Shown here: piece after piece, positions 1 to 8,625 of the stretch
Layout: each line of letters starts with the position of its first letter
Numbering within the stretch: position 1 is the first letter of the stretch
DNA from: Thermodesulfobacteriota bacterium
GTDB lineage: Bacteria; Desulfobacterota; WTBG01; CAIYCZ01; CAIRTM01
Assembly (NCBI GenBank): GCA_028282925.1
Contig: JANQGV010000260.1
Span: 1 to 63,069, forward strand
Reading direction: 5' to 3'
DNA length: 63,069 nt
The notes under the pieces: generated by a model
What the model saw: the letters and a program-made list of their open reading frames with translations, nothing else
Database searches by the model: none
What the model was told of the DNA's origin: nothing
Made by a program: the position numbers and the translations under genes

Positions 1-438
1 CTTAACGACTATTCTCCCCTCAAACCGGAACCCCTCCGACTTTGCGGTCACGGAAGACGGGCTGCGCTCGATTGAATAGTCATACGTACCGCGTTCGACA
101 AAACAGAGACTCGCCACCGCCCCGAATTCAATGGCATCGGCCACAAAATATCCTTTTTCACTTACCGAGAAATTCACGGGACTTTTACATGCCAGAGTGA
201 CCTTTTTTTCGGGAAAAACAACCTTTACCGTACCCCGGTACTGGTTGAGCCAGATCACGACCGTGCCGGGCTCAATGAACAGGTTCAATGGAGACACCCC
301 CTCATACCCCCTGATTCGAACAACCTTGGATGAGATTGTGAGAACCTCATCCTCTTTTTTTTCAGCGGCGCTTCCCGTACCGGCAGCAAGGCCAAGGACC
401 ACTATACCGGCAAGCACACCCAACAATGTTTTTTTCAT
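1..438 (-). CDS. secreted hypothetical protein, 3' end cut by window edge
   Basis: Absent from the ORF track because there is no stop in the window. ATG at 438-436 (minus) is preceded by AGGGG. Translation MKKTLLGVLAGIVVLGLAAGTGSAAEKKEDE... looks like a Sec signal peptide, and the frame stays open to position 1. It lies 51 nt downstream of the NmrA-like gene on the same strand. Confidence 0.5.
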   Translation of the reverse strand, partial: MKKTLLGVLAGIVVLGLAAGTGSAAEKKEDEVLTISSKVVRIRGYEGVSPLNLFIEPGTVVIWLNQYRGTVKVVFPEKKVTLACKSPVNFSVSEKGYFVADAIEFGAVASLCFVERGTYDYSIERSPSSVTAKSEGFRFEGRIVVK

Positions 439-489
439 GGCATACCCCTATTGTATACAACAAGGTTCCGGCTGCATGCAGCCCACGGC

Positions 490-1377
490 CTACACATCGC
501 CGCCCTGAAGCTGTTCCCGCAACCATGGCTCCAGGCGTTTAAACTCAATGGAAAATGCCCCGGCGATCTCCTGCATGTCTTCATCCGTGCATACGCTGTC
601 ACGGGACATGCGGTAGAGAAAGTCCTTGCCGCCCCGGCTGCCGGTCAGCAGCGCCATCAGGGAAAACAGGGCGTTCATCAGCCACACGGGAATGTGTTTC
701 ACCCGGGCGTCTCTTCCCACAACACCGCCGACCCGGTGAATAATATCCACAAGAGTAAAGACTTCGGGCCCGGCTATTCTGAAGATTCTATTGCGCGCCC
801 TTTCATTATCAAGGGATTGCAGAAATGCTTCTGCCAGGTCGGCGGGATCCAGGGGCTGGATACGGGTCAGGCCGGTACCGATAACGGAAAAGCTGCCCTT
901 CTCTTTAATCTTTGGAGCGAAATGTTCTGCAAAGTCGGTAAAATAGCCCGATGGGCGGAATATCGTATAGGGGATACCGGAGGAGATCACGGCCTGCTCG
1001 GTTTTATATTTTGCCTGCAAGGAGGTTGCCGGCACACCGGCATCCACTCCCAGGGCACTGATATACAGGAGGTGTTTCAGCCCAACCTCTTTCCCGGCGG
1101 AAATGATATTGCGCATTCCGCCGAGTTCAACCATCTCATGGGTCAATTGCTTTGTCTGCCGTTTCAGCCCAATGACAAACAGCGCCGCATCCACCCCCTG
1201 CAGGGCCTGTCTGACCTCGTTGGGGTCGGTAATATCGCCCGAAGCCGCCTCAAGGGTCGGTGCGTCGGTTACAACCGGCGCCTGCAGGTCGAAACACCGC
1301 GCCTTGACATTACGCTCGGCGGCCTTTTTCATAATCTGGCTGCCGACATGACCATTGCACCCTGCGATGAGAATCAT
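490..1377 (-). CDS. NAD(P)H-binding NmrA-like / atypical SDR oxidoreductase
   Basis: N-terminal Rossmann motif MILIAGCNGHVGSQI. Length of 295 aa and overall pattern are typical of the NmrA/NAD(P)-binding family. Confidence 0.7.
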   Translation of the reverse strand: MILIAGCNGHVGSQIMKKAAERNVKARCFDLQAPVVTDAPTLEAASGDITDPNEVRQALQGVDAALFVIGLKRQTKQLTHEMVELGGMRNIISAGKEVGLKHLLYISALGVDAGVPATSLQAKYKTEQAVISSGIPYTIFRPSGYFTDFAEHFAPKIKEKGSFSVIGTGLTRIQPLDPADLAEAFLQSLDNERARNRIFRIAGPEVFTLVDIIHRVGGVVGRDARVKHIPVWLMNALFSLMALLTGSRGGKDFLYRMSRDSVCTDEDMQEIAGAFSIEFKRLEPWLREQLQGGDV

Positions 1378-1445
1378 ATGGCTACCCCCCTTAATAACCT
1401 ATTATACATGTGCGCCGGCACATAGAAACACCCTGCCGCACAAAA

Positions 1446-2777
1446 CTATTCTTCGGAGCCGACCTGTAACGCATCTTCAACAGAGGTGTCATGAAATTTG
1501 TCGAGTTTGGCGCCCAGTTCAGGACGCTCCTTCTTAATCCGGTCCAGATGTCTGAAGATCGCGTTCCTCACGACTCTCGGATCGGAGAATTCATTCACAT
1601 AGCCCTTTCTCGTATCACCACCGGCAAGGCTGAAGAAATAATCAAGCTCCTCGTCTTCCAGGACATGCAGCCCGAAGGCCTGGGTGGCCGCAGCAATCTC
1701 TTTGGGATCATTATACTCAAAGCTTTCTTCCCAAGCGCGTGCATAGGCTTCCAGGCCGGAGCCTGTTTTCAGATACTCGACAATGGCGTTGCCGGCCTGA
1801 AAACCGTACATGACGGCGCCCTGAACATAGGTTTCGATAAACGCGGCCGCATCACCCACAACAACCACATTCCCTTCAACCGGATTGGTCAGGGGTGTGT
1901 GAAAATTAAGAATCGCAGCCCTTTTTTCCACAACGGTGGCCTGTTTGAACCACGGTGAAAAGGCCCCCTGCTGAATAAAGTGCTCAATTTCGGCCCGGGG
2001 CGTATATCCGCCGCCTTCCTGCAGAATAGGGGTCCCGCAGGTAAGCTCATAGACCGGTGGGTCGGTTCGGCCGCCATGGGGCTTGGGACACATATACAGC
2101 TGCCCGCGTCCGCCCATGGTTTGTCCCTTGCCGGCAAAGGTCAACCAGGCATCGGGATAGGGACAGTTCACACCCTCCAGGTGATATGAAGCAACCCCGA
2201 ACCGCGCAAAGAACTTGCGGCGGCTTTTATTCAGCCCGAGACTCTGCACCAGCCGGGAATTGACACCATCGGCGGCAACAGCGACTTTTGCCTGCACCTG
2301 GTACTCGCCGTCGGCATTCTGCAGGGTTACGGTAACGCCGCCGTCAGTATTTTCGACACCCACAGCCTGTGTCTGACAGACTATTGTCACCTGCTCCTGC
2401 TGTACCTGCTGCAGCATATCCTGCAGCAGGGCCTCCTTTTCTATCGACAGGGCCACACACCCGTCCAAACCGGCACCATCAATGACAAACGTTTTGCCGC
2501 CCGGCGAAATCTTTATACTCTTCTTGAGGCCCATTACCTTGCCGCTGTAGGGGATCGAGAAGCCGTTCTCCTTAAAGGTTATCCTGCCGCTATCAAGACC
2601 CACCGCCTCCTTATGCGTACCCGCTTCAATAATAAGGTTGCAACAGCAGGAACGATATACCTTGGCAATCTCCTTTTTCTGCTCAACAAGCAGTACATTC
2701 AGTCCGTTTTTTGAAAGCACGTGTGCCGTCATAAGCCCGGCCGGGCCGGCACCGGCAACTACAACATCATAATCCAT
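1446..2777 (-). CDS. FAD-dependent oxidoreductase, geranylgeranyl-reductase-like (paralog 1)
   Basis: Motifs DYDVVVAGAGPAGL dinucleotide fold, RSCCCNL, AADGVNSRL and VVGDAAAF. C-terminal ERPELGAKL motif is shared with the array at 8.6-17.5 kb. Confidence 0.8.
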   Translation of the reverse strand: MDYDVVVAGAGPAGLMTAHVLSKNGLNVLLVEQKKEIAKVYRSCCCNLIIEAGTHKEAVGLDSGRITFKENGFSIPYSGKVMGLKKSIKISPGGKTFVIDGAGLDGCVALSIEKEALLQDMLQQVQQEQVTIVCQTQAVGVENTDGGVTVTLQNADGEYQVQAKVAVAADGVNSRLVQSLGLNKSRRKFFARFGVASYHLEGVNCPYPDAWLTFAGKGQTMGGRGQLYMCPKPHGGRTDPPVYELTCGTPILQEGGGYTPRAEIEHFIQQGAFSPWFKQATVVEKRAAILNFHTPLTNPVEGNVVVVGDAAAFIETYVQGAVMYGFQAGNAIVEYLKTGSGLEAYARAWEESFEYNDPKEIAAATQAFGLHVLEDEELDYFFSLAGGDTRKGYVNEFSDPRVVRNAIFRHLDRIKKERPELGAKLDKFHDTSVEDALQVGSEE

Positions 2778-2854
2778 AGTTCCGTTACTCCATTCTCTTG
2801 TCTACTGTTTTATTCGCTCCAGTTACGCACACTTTTGCCTGTGCCCTATCTGCC

Positions 2855-4507
2855 TCAGTGACCGCCCATCATCTTCTGCAACTCTTCGGGAGAGAGCACA
2901 TCCGGCCGGGTGGCATAGGGCGGGTTGGAAATGTTGTTCGGGTCGAACTCCCGCTTGATGTCCTTCATAATCAGGTGAATATTGCCGAACGCTTCACCCA
3001 GCATATCGTAGGCCGGTCCCAGCAAATGAATGACCGCCGAAGCCGATTTGCGCTGAAACTGGCTCATGGCGACCCGGCCGATAATCTCGATGGCCTGGTT
3101 GCACTGTTTGGGGTCCTGCTCGGGGAAAACATCCGTTGTATGCAGGCACCAGTAGCCGTATTCCTGGGGACTGATCCAGCCGCCATGCAGGCTCAGGGGC
3201 TGCACAAAATCCTCACCGAGGCCTTCCTCCTTGTGCAATTGACGTCCGATCTCATTGGACTCAAGAATCTCATACACTATTTTATCAATTGAGTCTACAT
3301 TTGATGAACCGATACTGAAATTGTCCGACGGACGGGCCAGGCGCTGGGCATTACCGAACCTGATCCACTCATTTGCGGCCCGTTTGATCCAGGTCTGGTA
3401 GGCGGGCTCATCTTCTTCAACAAAAATCCCGCCCACTTTTTCAACAATTGCCTCGAGCACCTTTTCCTCATAGTCGAGTTGTGCCATTGAGGTTTTTCCG
3501 GACAGGGCGACAACGCAAAAGCCGCTGGGGAACACATCGTTGTTCATATTGTCGTGCAGGTCCTGCTTGGTAACCGAGGAGTAGGTCAGCAGAAACTGCT
3601 GCGCCAGGTGGGTTGCCACCTCACCGATCTCGGCTTTTCCCATTTCGTAGAAAAGTTCGGCCGATTTCTTGAGTTCCAGCTCCTCTTCTTCCGGGTATTT
3701 GAAGGGAAACTTGATCATATACCAGCGCCACAGGTCGCCCAGGGAACCGGAAAACTTCAAGTTGCCGTTACCTTCCGCAGGGAACACCTCCGGCCCGGAA
3801 AAGGGCCACAGCTTACAGCTTATTTTTGTTACGATGCCGATGCCGCCGGCATGCCCGAACATGCCGCCCCGCAGAAAGCCACGCAGGTCGGGCCCCGGGC
3901 CGTCGTTCCAGAACCAGCCCGATTCCGGGCAGGCGGTGGAGCCGCTGCGCACCAGGGTGCCGTCCGGCAGCACCAGCTCAAACCCCAGCAGGTTCTGGGC
4001 TCCGATACCGGTAATCCAGCTGTTGCCGTAGGCGCCGTGCCAGGAATAGTTTGCCAGGCAGGATACCTGACTGCCGGCCAGGGGTGTCGGCGTGTACAGT
4101 CCGTAGCGCATGGCTTCCGCCTGCAACCCGGCAAAGCTGACATAGGGCTCGATTACGGCATACATGTCTTTCTCGTTCAATTCAATAATACTATCCATAC
4201 GCTTGGGGTCGATGACGACCGTACCGCCCTGGGTCGGAAATGCCTGAAACGTGAAACCTGAGCCCCGGGGTATAAAAGGAAATCCGTACCGATTGGCGAT
4301 TTTGACCACCTGTTGCACCTCTTCGACCGACTCCGGCATTACCACGCAGGCCGGACGCATATTGAGGCCGCAGTTCTCACGCTGCATGACCCCGGAGGGG
4401 AGCCACTGCACCCGGGAGTACGACTGGCAAAGCACCGGATCATCGGTTACATTATCCTGCCCCACACAATCCTGTAATGCTTTAAACGCTATATCTGAAA
4501 ATGCCAT
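2855..4507 (-). CDS. FAD-binding oxidoreductase, PCMH/VAO (GlcD-like) family
   Basis: FAD_binding_4-like segment RPACVVMPESVEEVQQVVKIANRYGFPFIPRGSGFTF. C-terminal IKREFDPNNISNP is typical of FAD-linked oxidases. GGAGG RBS lies before the ATG at 4507. Confidence 0.8.
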   Translation of the reverse strand: MAFSDIAFKALQDCVGQDNVTDDPVLCQSYSRVQWLPSGVMQRENCGLNMRPACVVMPESVEEVQQVVKIANRYGFPFIPRGSGFTFQAFPTQGGTVVIDPKRMDSIIELNEKDMYAVIEPYVSFAGLQAEAMRYGLYTPTPLAGSQVSCLANYSWHGAYGNSWITGIGAQNLLGFELVLPDGTLVRSGSTACPESGWFWNDGPGPDLRGFLRGGMFGHAGGIGIVTKISCKLWPFSGPEVFPAEGNGNLKFSGSLGDLWRWYMIKFPFKYPEEEELELKKSAELFYEMGKAEIGEVATHLAQQFLLTYSSVTKQDLHDNMNNDVFPSGFCVVALSGKTSMAQLDYEEKVLEAIVEKVGGIFVEEDEPAYQTWIKRAANEWIRFGNAQRLARPSDNFSIGSSNVDSIDKIVYEILESNEIGRQLHKEEGLGEDFVQPLSLHGGWISPQEYGYWCLHTTDVFPEQDPKQCNQAIEIIGRVAMSQFQRKSASAVIHLLGPAYDMLGEAFGNIHLIMKDIKREFDPNNISNPPYATRPDVLSPEELQKMMGGH

Positions 4508-4566
4508 GTGTTCCTCCTGTCTCTATATGACATGTATCTGTCATGCCGACGGTTGCTGTCGGTCAT

Positions 4567-6054
4567 CTAAAATCCCAGCTTGCCGGGATTCAATATCTTG
4601 TTCGGGTCGAGCAGCCCCTTTATGCGTTTCAGGGTTTCGTGCAGCGTCCCGGTCCGCGGGTACACGAGCCGGTCCCAGTCGCCGTAAATGCGGTAAAAGA
4701 AGGCGCCCTTTTGCACCAACGCCCGGCTGACGGCTTTACACACGGTATCGATCAGCTCTTTTTCTTCCGGGTCTTCCGGGTTAAACGGAAAGCTTGCCTC
4801 CATATGGAAGGCCCTGCCGTTCTGTTTGGGCTGCAGGTACAGGCCGATTTCATCCAATGGATAGCGCTCCTGATGTGCGGTCTCCCGGATAACCTGCAGA
4901 AACTCGGGAGCCCGCTGGAGCTGGGTCAAAAAGAAAATTTCACGCGAAGCCCCCTTTGCCCCGGCCTTCCAGTATGTTGCACCGTCCCAGGGCTGGTAGA
5001 GATACTGAGAAATCGCTGCTGCGGCATCCGGCACATTGGGAAGCGTTTCCATGGGCGTAAAGAGAAAGGTTTTGGCGGCCTCATGCAGGGCCTCTTCCTG
5101 GTAGGCCATCTTTTCTTCCGGGTACCACTCCCCGGCGGTCAGGTTAAGCACAATAACATAGGGCGGCAGTGCTGCGGCAATACCGCCGACATCTTCCGGA
5201 GACGGAGCGAGAATGGAAGCCAGGTAACGGCTGTTCAAAAGAAGGCATTCATCCCCGATCAGTTTCCGCTCGATATGGTACAGGGGGGCAACACAATCTT
5301 CCAGGCGGTCGAATCCCATGAACATCACTTTCCGGGCTGTTGGAACAAAGCCTGCTTTTACGTTCATAACCGTTACAATACCATAGGTACCCAGGCTGCC
5401 GGGCACCAGCCGGAACCAGTCGACGCCCGGGCCCATGAAGTTACATAAATCGCAGGGGACTTCATCGGGTATTTTTTCCGGCGCCATGGGATCAATGGAC
5501 ATAGAACCGGTATGGAACAGGTTGCCGTTGGGCAGCACCATCTCCATCGTGAGTATGGTTTCGTCCAGATGGTGCTTTGGCGTCAGCCGGGGCTCTCTTT
5601 CAAGACAGCTGGTGATAACCGACTTGTCACGATGCGGCAGCAGGGGAATCATGGCCCGCATGCCTTCTTTTCCAAGCTCTGCCTGCAGCTCACCGTAGGT
5701 AACACCGGCTTCAAAAAGGGCCCACTTGTTGCGCTTGTCAATTCGCCGTATTTTTTTCATTCCGCTCATATCAACCACGATACCACCCTGTTCCGGTATA
5801 GCGGCACCGTAAAACCCGACACCGGAGCTTTTCGGCACCACCGGAATGCGGTTCTCGTTTGCGATTGTGACCACCTGCTGCACTTCTTCGGTTGTCAGAA
5901 CCTTCACGGCCATATCGGGCTTCCGGTTCATGGTATAGCTTGTATCTGTTGCGTACCGGGCCAGAAAATCAGGATCAACCGAAATACGGCTGCTGTCGAT
6001 GCTGCCGGCCAGTCTGCCGGTGAGATCTTTCACACTTGTTATTGCCTGTGTCAT
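4567..6054 (-). CDS. FAD-binding oxidoreductase, PCMH/VAO (GlcD-like) family
   Basis: Motifs KPDMAVKVLTTEEVQQVVTIANENRIPVVPKSSGVGF and C-terminal IKGLLDPNKILNPGK. I prefer the ATG at 6054 (AAGGAGGAAGT directly upstream) over the ORF-track start at 6084. Confidence 0.8.
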   Translation of the reverse strand: MTQAITSVKDLTGRLAGSIDSSRISVDPDFLARYATDTSYTMNRKPDMAVKVLTTEEVQQVVTIANENRIPVVPKSSGVGFYGAAIPEQGGIVVDMSGMKKIRRIDKRNKWALFEAGVTYGELQAELGKEGMRAMIPLLPHRDKSVITSCLEREPRLTPKHHLDETILTMEMVLPNGNLFHTGSMSIDPMAPEKIPDEVPCDLCNFMGPGVDWFRLVPGSLGTYGIVTVMNVKAGFVPTARKVMFMGFDRLEDCVAPLYHIERKLIGDECLLLNSRYLASILAPSPEDVGGIAAALPPYVIVLNLTAGEWYPEEKMAYQEEALHEAAKTFLFTPMETLPNVPDAAAAISQYLYQPWDGATYWKAGAKGASREIFFLTQLQRAPEFLQVIRETAHQERYPLDEIGLYLQPKQNGRAFHMEASFPFNPEDPEEKELIDTVCKAVSRALVQKGAFFYRIYGDWDRLVYPRTGTLHETLKRIKGLLDPNKILNPGKLGF

Positions 6055-6099
6055 ACTTCCTCCTTGTTTAACCAGGGTTAACAAACCCGGTGGGTGCGA

Positions 6100-6285
6100 C
6101 TACGATTCCTGTCCCTCCGTTGCATAGGGAGCGCCGACCGGGCACACCTGCACACAGATCATACACTCAACACACTTGTCATTGTCTACGGTTACCGTAT
6201 CGTCAATCATCCGGATAGCCGTTTTCGGACACAGATCGATACAGCCGCCGCACACCAGACACTCTTCAGTATTAATGTGTACCAT
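6100..6285 (-). CDS. 2x[4Fe-4S] ferredoxin (61 aa)
   Basis: Two CxxCxxCxxxCP motifs: CLVCGGCIDLCP and CVECMICVQVCP. Confidence 0.85.
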   Translation of the reverse strand: MVHINTEECLVCGGCIDLCPKTAIRMIDDTVTVDNDKCVECMICVQVCPVGAPYATEGQES

Positions 6286-6415
6286 TATCTTCCTCCTATT
6301 TTATACCAACAACTCTTCGCATCATCTCCGTTACAGGAAACTGCTGGGGAATGTTCAGATACAAGGCGCGCGACTTCCTGGGGAGTGAGGCGTACATGTC
6401 TGTACGCCGCAGGGA

Positions 6416-6463
6416 CGAAGGATGAGCGCAACGCAGTAGATGGGCGTTCTCCAGCGGTTTCCT
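6416..6463. repeat. 47-nt intergenic repeat, copy 1 (REP-like)
   Basis: cgaaggatgagcgcaacgcagtagatgggcgttctccagcggtttcc aligns with copies at 27400-27446 and 31806-31852. It contains a short AACGC..GCGTT hairpin. Confidence 0.6.
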
Positions 6464-7007
6464 AATCTTTTTTGCCGACTATGTACTCCCCCTCAAAAGC
6501 AATATACTTAATTGCTATTCCTTTAACCCCGGCATATCCGGGATAGACGTCACCGTATACTTCAACGGTTCTGCCCACCATGGGCACCATGGTGGCCCAG
6601 GTAAAAAGACCTTCACGTTTCTGCTCGGGCGTTAAAACCCGTGGCATACGATATGCCTGGGCGCTCTGGGTAACGGCTTGGCCCCTTGGTAGTGTGGGGT
6701 AATAGAGTGTGCCGTCGCCTGCCAGCAAAAATATCTTGCTGTTGCGCTCGGCGCTTCGCTTTGCATTTTCAAGTTCTTCAGCGGTATAGGGCCTCTCCTG
6801 GGGCACCGTAGTTCCGTTGAAAAGAGAGTTTCCTTCCACAAACACCCCTTTAATGGTCTTACCGTCCCGGGAAGCGGCGAAAAACACCTCTTCCATGTTT
6901 TTTACCTTTTCCGCATGCTTTTCCTTATAGTTCTTGTCTTCGGCCCGGGTTGTTCCAGCCAGGAGTACTGCAAAAACAATACAGCATAGTATAAGTACCT
7001 GTCGCAT
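6462..7007 (-). CDS. secreted hypothetical protein
   Basis: ATG at 7007 is preceded by GGAGG. MRQVLILCCIVFAVLLAGTTRAEDK looks like a signal peptide. I recognise no family. Confidence 0.55.
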   Translation of the reverse strand: MRQVLILCCIVFAVLLAGTTRAEDKNYKEKHAEKVKNMEEVFFAASRDGKTIKGVFVEGNSLFNGTTVPQERPYTAEELENAKRSAERNSKIFLLAGDGTLYYPTLPRGQAVTQSAQAYRMPRVLTPEQKREGLFTWATMVPMVGRTVEVYGDVYPGYAGVKGIAIKYIAFEGEYIVGKKD

Positions 7008-7055
7008 AGCGTATTCCTCCTTACGCATATCCATAACGTATGTGGAACGGTTTTT

Positions 7056-7928
7056 TCAGGTAATATCCTTTGACTCGATCATGCCGTCCTTCCGCCGGCG
7101 CAGGTCTTTAACAATCAGATACGTGGATATAACGAATCCGGCGATAATCACCGACATGATGGTCCAGTTGATATGCACCCACGGCTCTTTGAGCATACCC
7201 CATTTGGCCAGAATTTCGATATCGTTCCAGAGAATCGTTACTGTTGGTATGGCATACCTGAGATTTGCCCCGAAGCGGTCATAGCCCAGCAGTTTGTAGC
7301 ACAGGTAAAAAAAGACTGAAAATGAAGCGAAAAAGAGCACATAGATAAACCAGGAGTGAGCCCCGAACAGCTCTTCATCATAGCCGATCATCAGCATGAC
7401 GTAGAAGGTCCAGGTGACCATAATATATTCAAAAGCGGTACGGGGACCGTAGTTACTGATTTTGCCGGTGGCTATCGCACCCCGCATCAGCCGCAGCTTG
7501 CGCCGCAGGAAAAAAATGAAATTACACCGAACGCTCTCCTGGAACAAAAGGTAGACGAAGACCATGATCAGGAGCATAAAGGTCCATTTCATCATCCGGT
7601 ATTCAGGGTAGCTGCCGTTCCAGGTATAGGTTACCCCCAGCCGGTGTCCGCCGTACATGAGGCTGTATTCAAAGGCGAACCAGAGCCCCAGGCCGCCGAG
7701 GCATCCGATGAAGCTCTGCCATCCGTCGGATTTCATAAAACGGGTGGAATAGATTGCGAAAAAGCCGACCAGGGCGGACGTCCAGGCGAAATCATACTTG
7801 ATGCCCGGGTTGTATTTCTCGATCAGCACCATCACGATATGCCCGATGGCTGAAAGTCCGAAAATCCACACCAGGGATATCGTGGTATAAAATATTGCTT
7901 TGAATGAAATCGGTTTCTTTGTAGCCAA
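7056..7928 (-). CDS. polytopic integral membrane protein, unknown family
   Basis: 290 aa with about 8 hydrophobic segments rich in W/F/Y. Same strand as its neighbours and tightly spaced. Confidence 0.6.
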   Translation of the reverse strand: MATKKPISFKAIFYTTISLVWIFGLSAIGHIVMVLIEKYNPGIKYDFAWTSALVGFFAIYSTRFMKSDGWQSFIGCLGGLGLWFAFEYSLMYGGHRLGVTYTWNGSYPEYRMMKWTFMLLIMVFVYLLFQESVRCNFIFFLRRKLRLMRGAIATGKISNYGPRTAFEYIMVTWTFYVMLMIGYDEELFGAHSWFIYVLFFASFSVFFYLCYKLLGYDRFGANLRYAIPTVTILWNDIEILAKWGMLKEPWVHINWTIMSVIIAGFVISTYLIVKDLRRRKDGMIESKDIT

Positions 7929-7984
7929 GTCAAACCCCCTCTCTACGCATTGAGCAGTATGCTGCTCATACGCAAAATGCAGTT

Positions 7985-8455
7985 TTACTTGATTAAAAGA
8001 CTGTCCTTTGCTTTTGATAAAAACCGGGCTACCGTTTCAATCGACTGCACAAACTCCTTGATTTCAGGACTGCTCAACTCCTGGAGGAATTTCTCGAGTT
8101 CCTGACGCCGGACGTTCATCACATGCTTTACCATTTTCATGCCTTCAGGTGTCAGATGCACCCGCACGACCCGTCTGTCTTTGTCGTCCCGCTGCCGATC
8201 GAGCAGGCCGTTTTGTATCAGCCGGTCGACCATGCTGGTCATGGTTGAAACCGAGACGGCATGGGCCCGGCTCAATTCGGTCATGGTAAACTGCTCCTGA
8301 TCGGCAAAACTGGCAAGCACCTTTATCTGGGAAGACGTCAGGTCCACTTTAAGCAACTGGGTGGGGTTGATGCTTCTCGAAATGGCGTTATACGCTTTGA
8401 GAATCCGGCAGATTGAGGCATCCCAGTTGTTTTCCTCCGAGGGTTTCTTTTTCAT
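7985..8455 (-). CDS. MarR-family transcriptional regulator
   Basis: Winged-HTH segment FTMTELSRAHAVSVSTMTSMVDRLIQNGLLDRQRDDKDRRVVRVHLTPEG. ATG at 8455 with AGGAG upstream; the ORF-track start at 8482 is a TTG. Confidence 0.85.
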   Translation of the reverse strand: MKKKPSEENNWDASICRILKAYNAISRSINPTQLLKVDLTSSQIKVLASFADQEQFTMTELSRAHAVSVSTMTSMVDRLIQNGLLDRQRDDKDRRVVRVHLTPEGMKMVKHVMNVRRQELEKFLQELSSPEIKEFVQSIETVARFLSKAKDSLLIK

Positions 8456-8541
8456 ACCCGGCTCCTTTTCATACCCCGGCAAAACAGGTATTTTGTTCTG
8501 CTTTCAAATCATTATTTTATTTAATATTTAGACTATCCAAC

Positions 8542-8570
8542 AATCTACTCCTTTTTCGATCCACTGTCAA
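8542..8570 (-). promoter_or_regulatory. candidate sigma70-type promoter upstream of marR-like gene
   Basis: The minus strand reads TTGACA-17 nt-TAGATT, about 90 nt upstream of the ATG at 8455. Confidence 0.35.
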
Positions 8571-8625
8571 CCCAATACCCGCAAACGGTTGTCTTTCCTG
8601 CGGGCACCGGCCCCGATGAACACCG

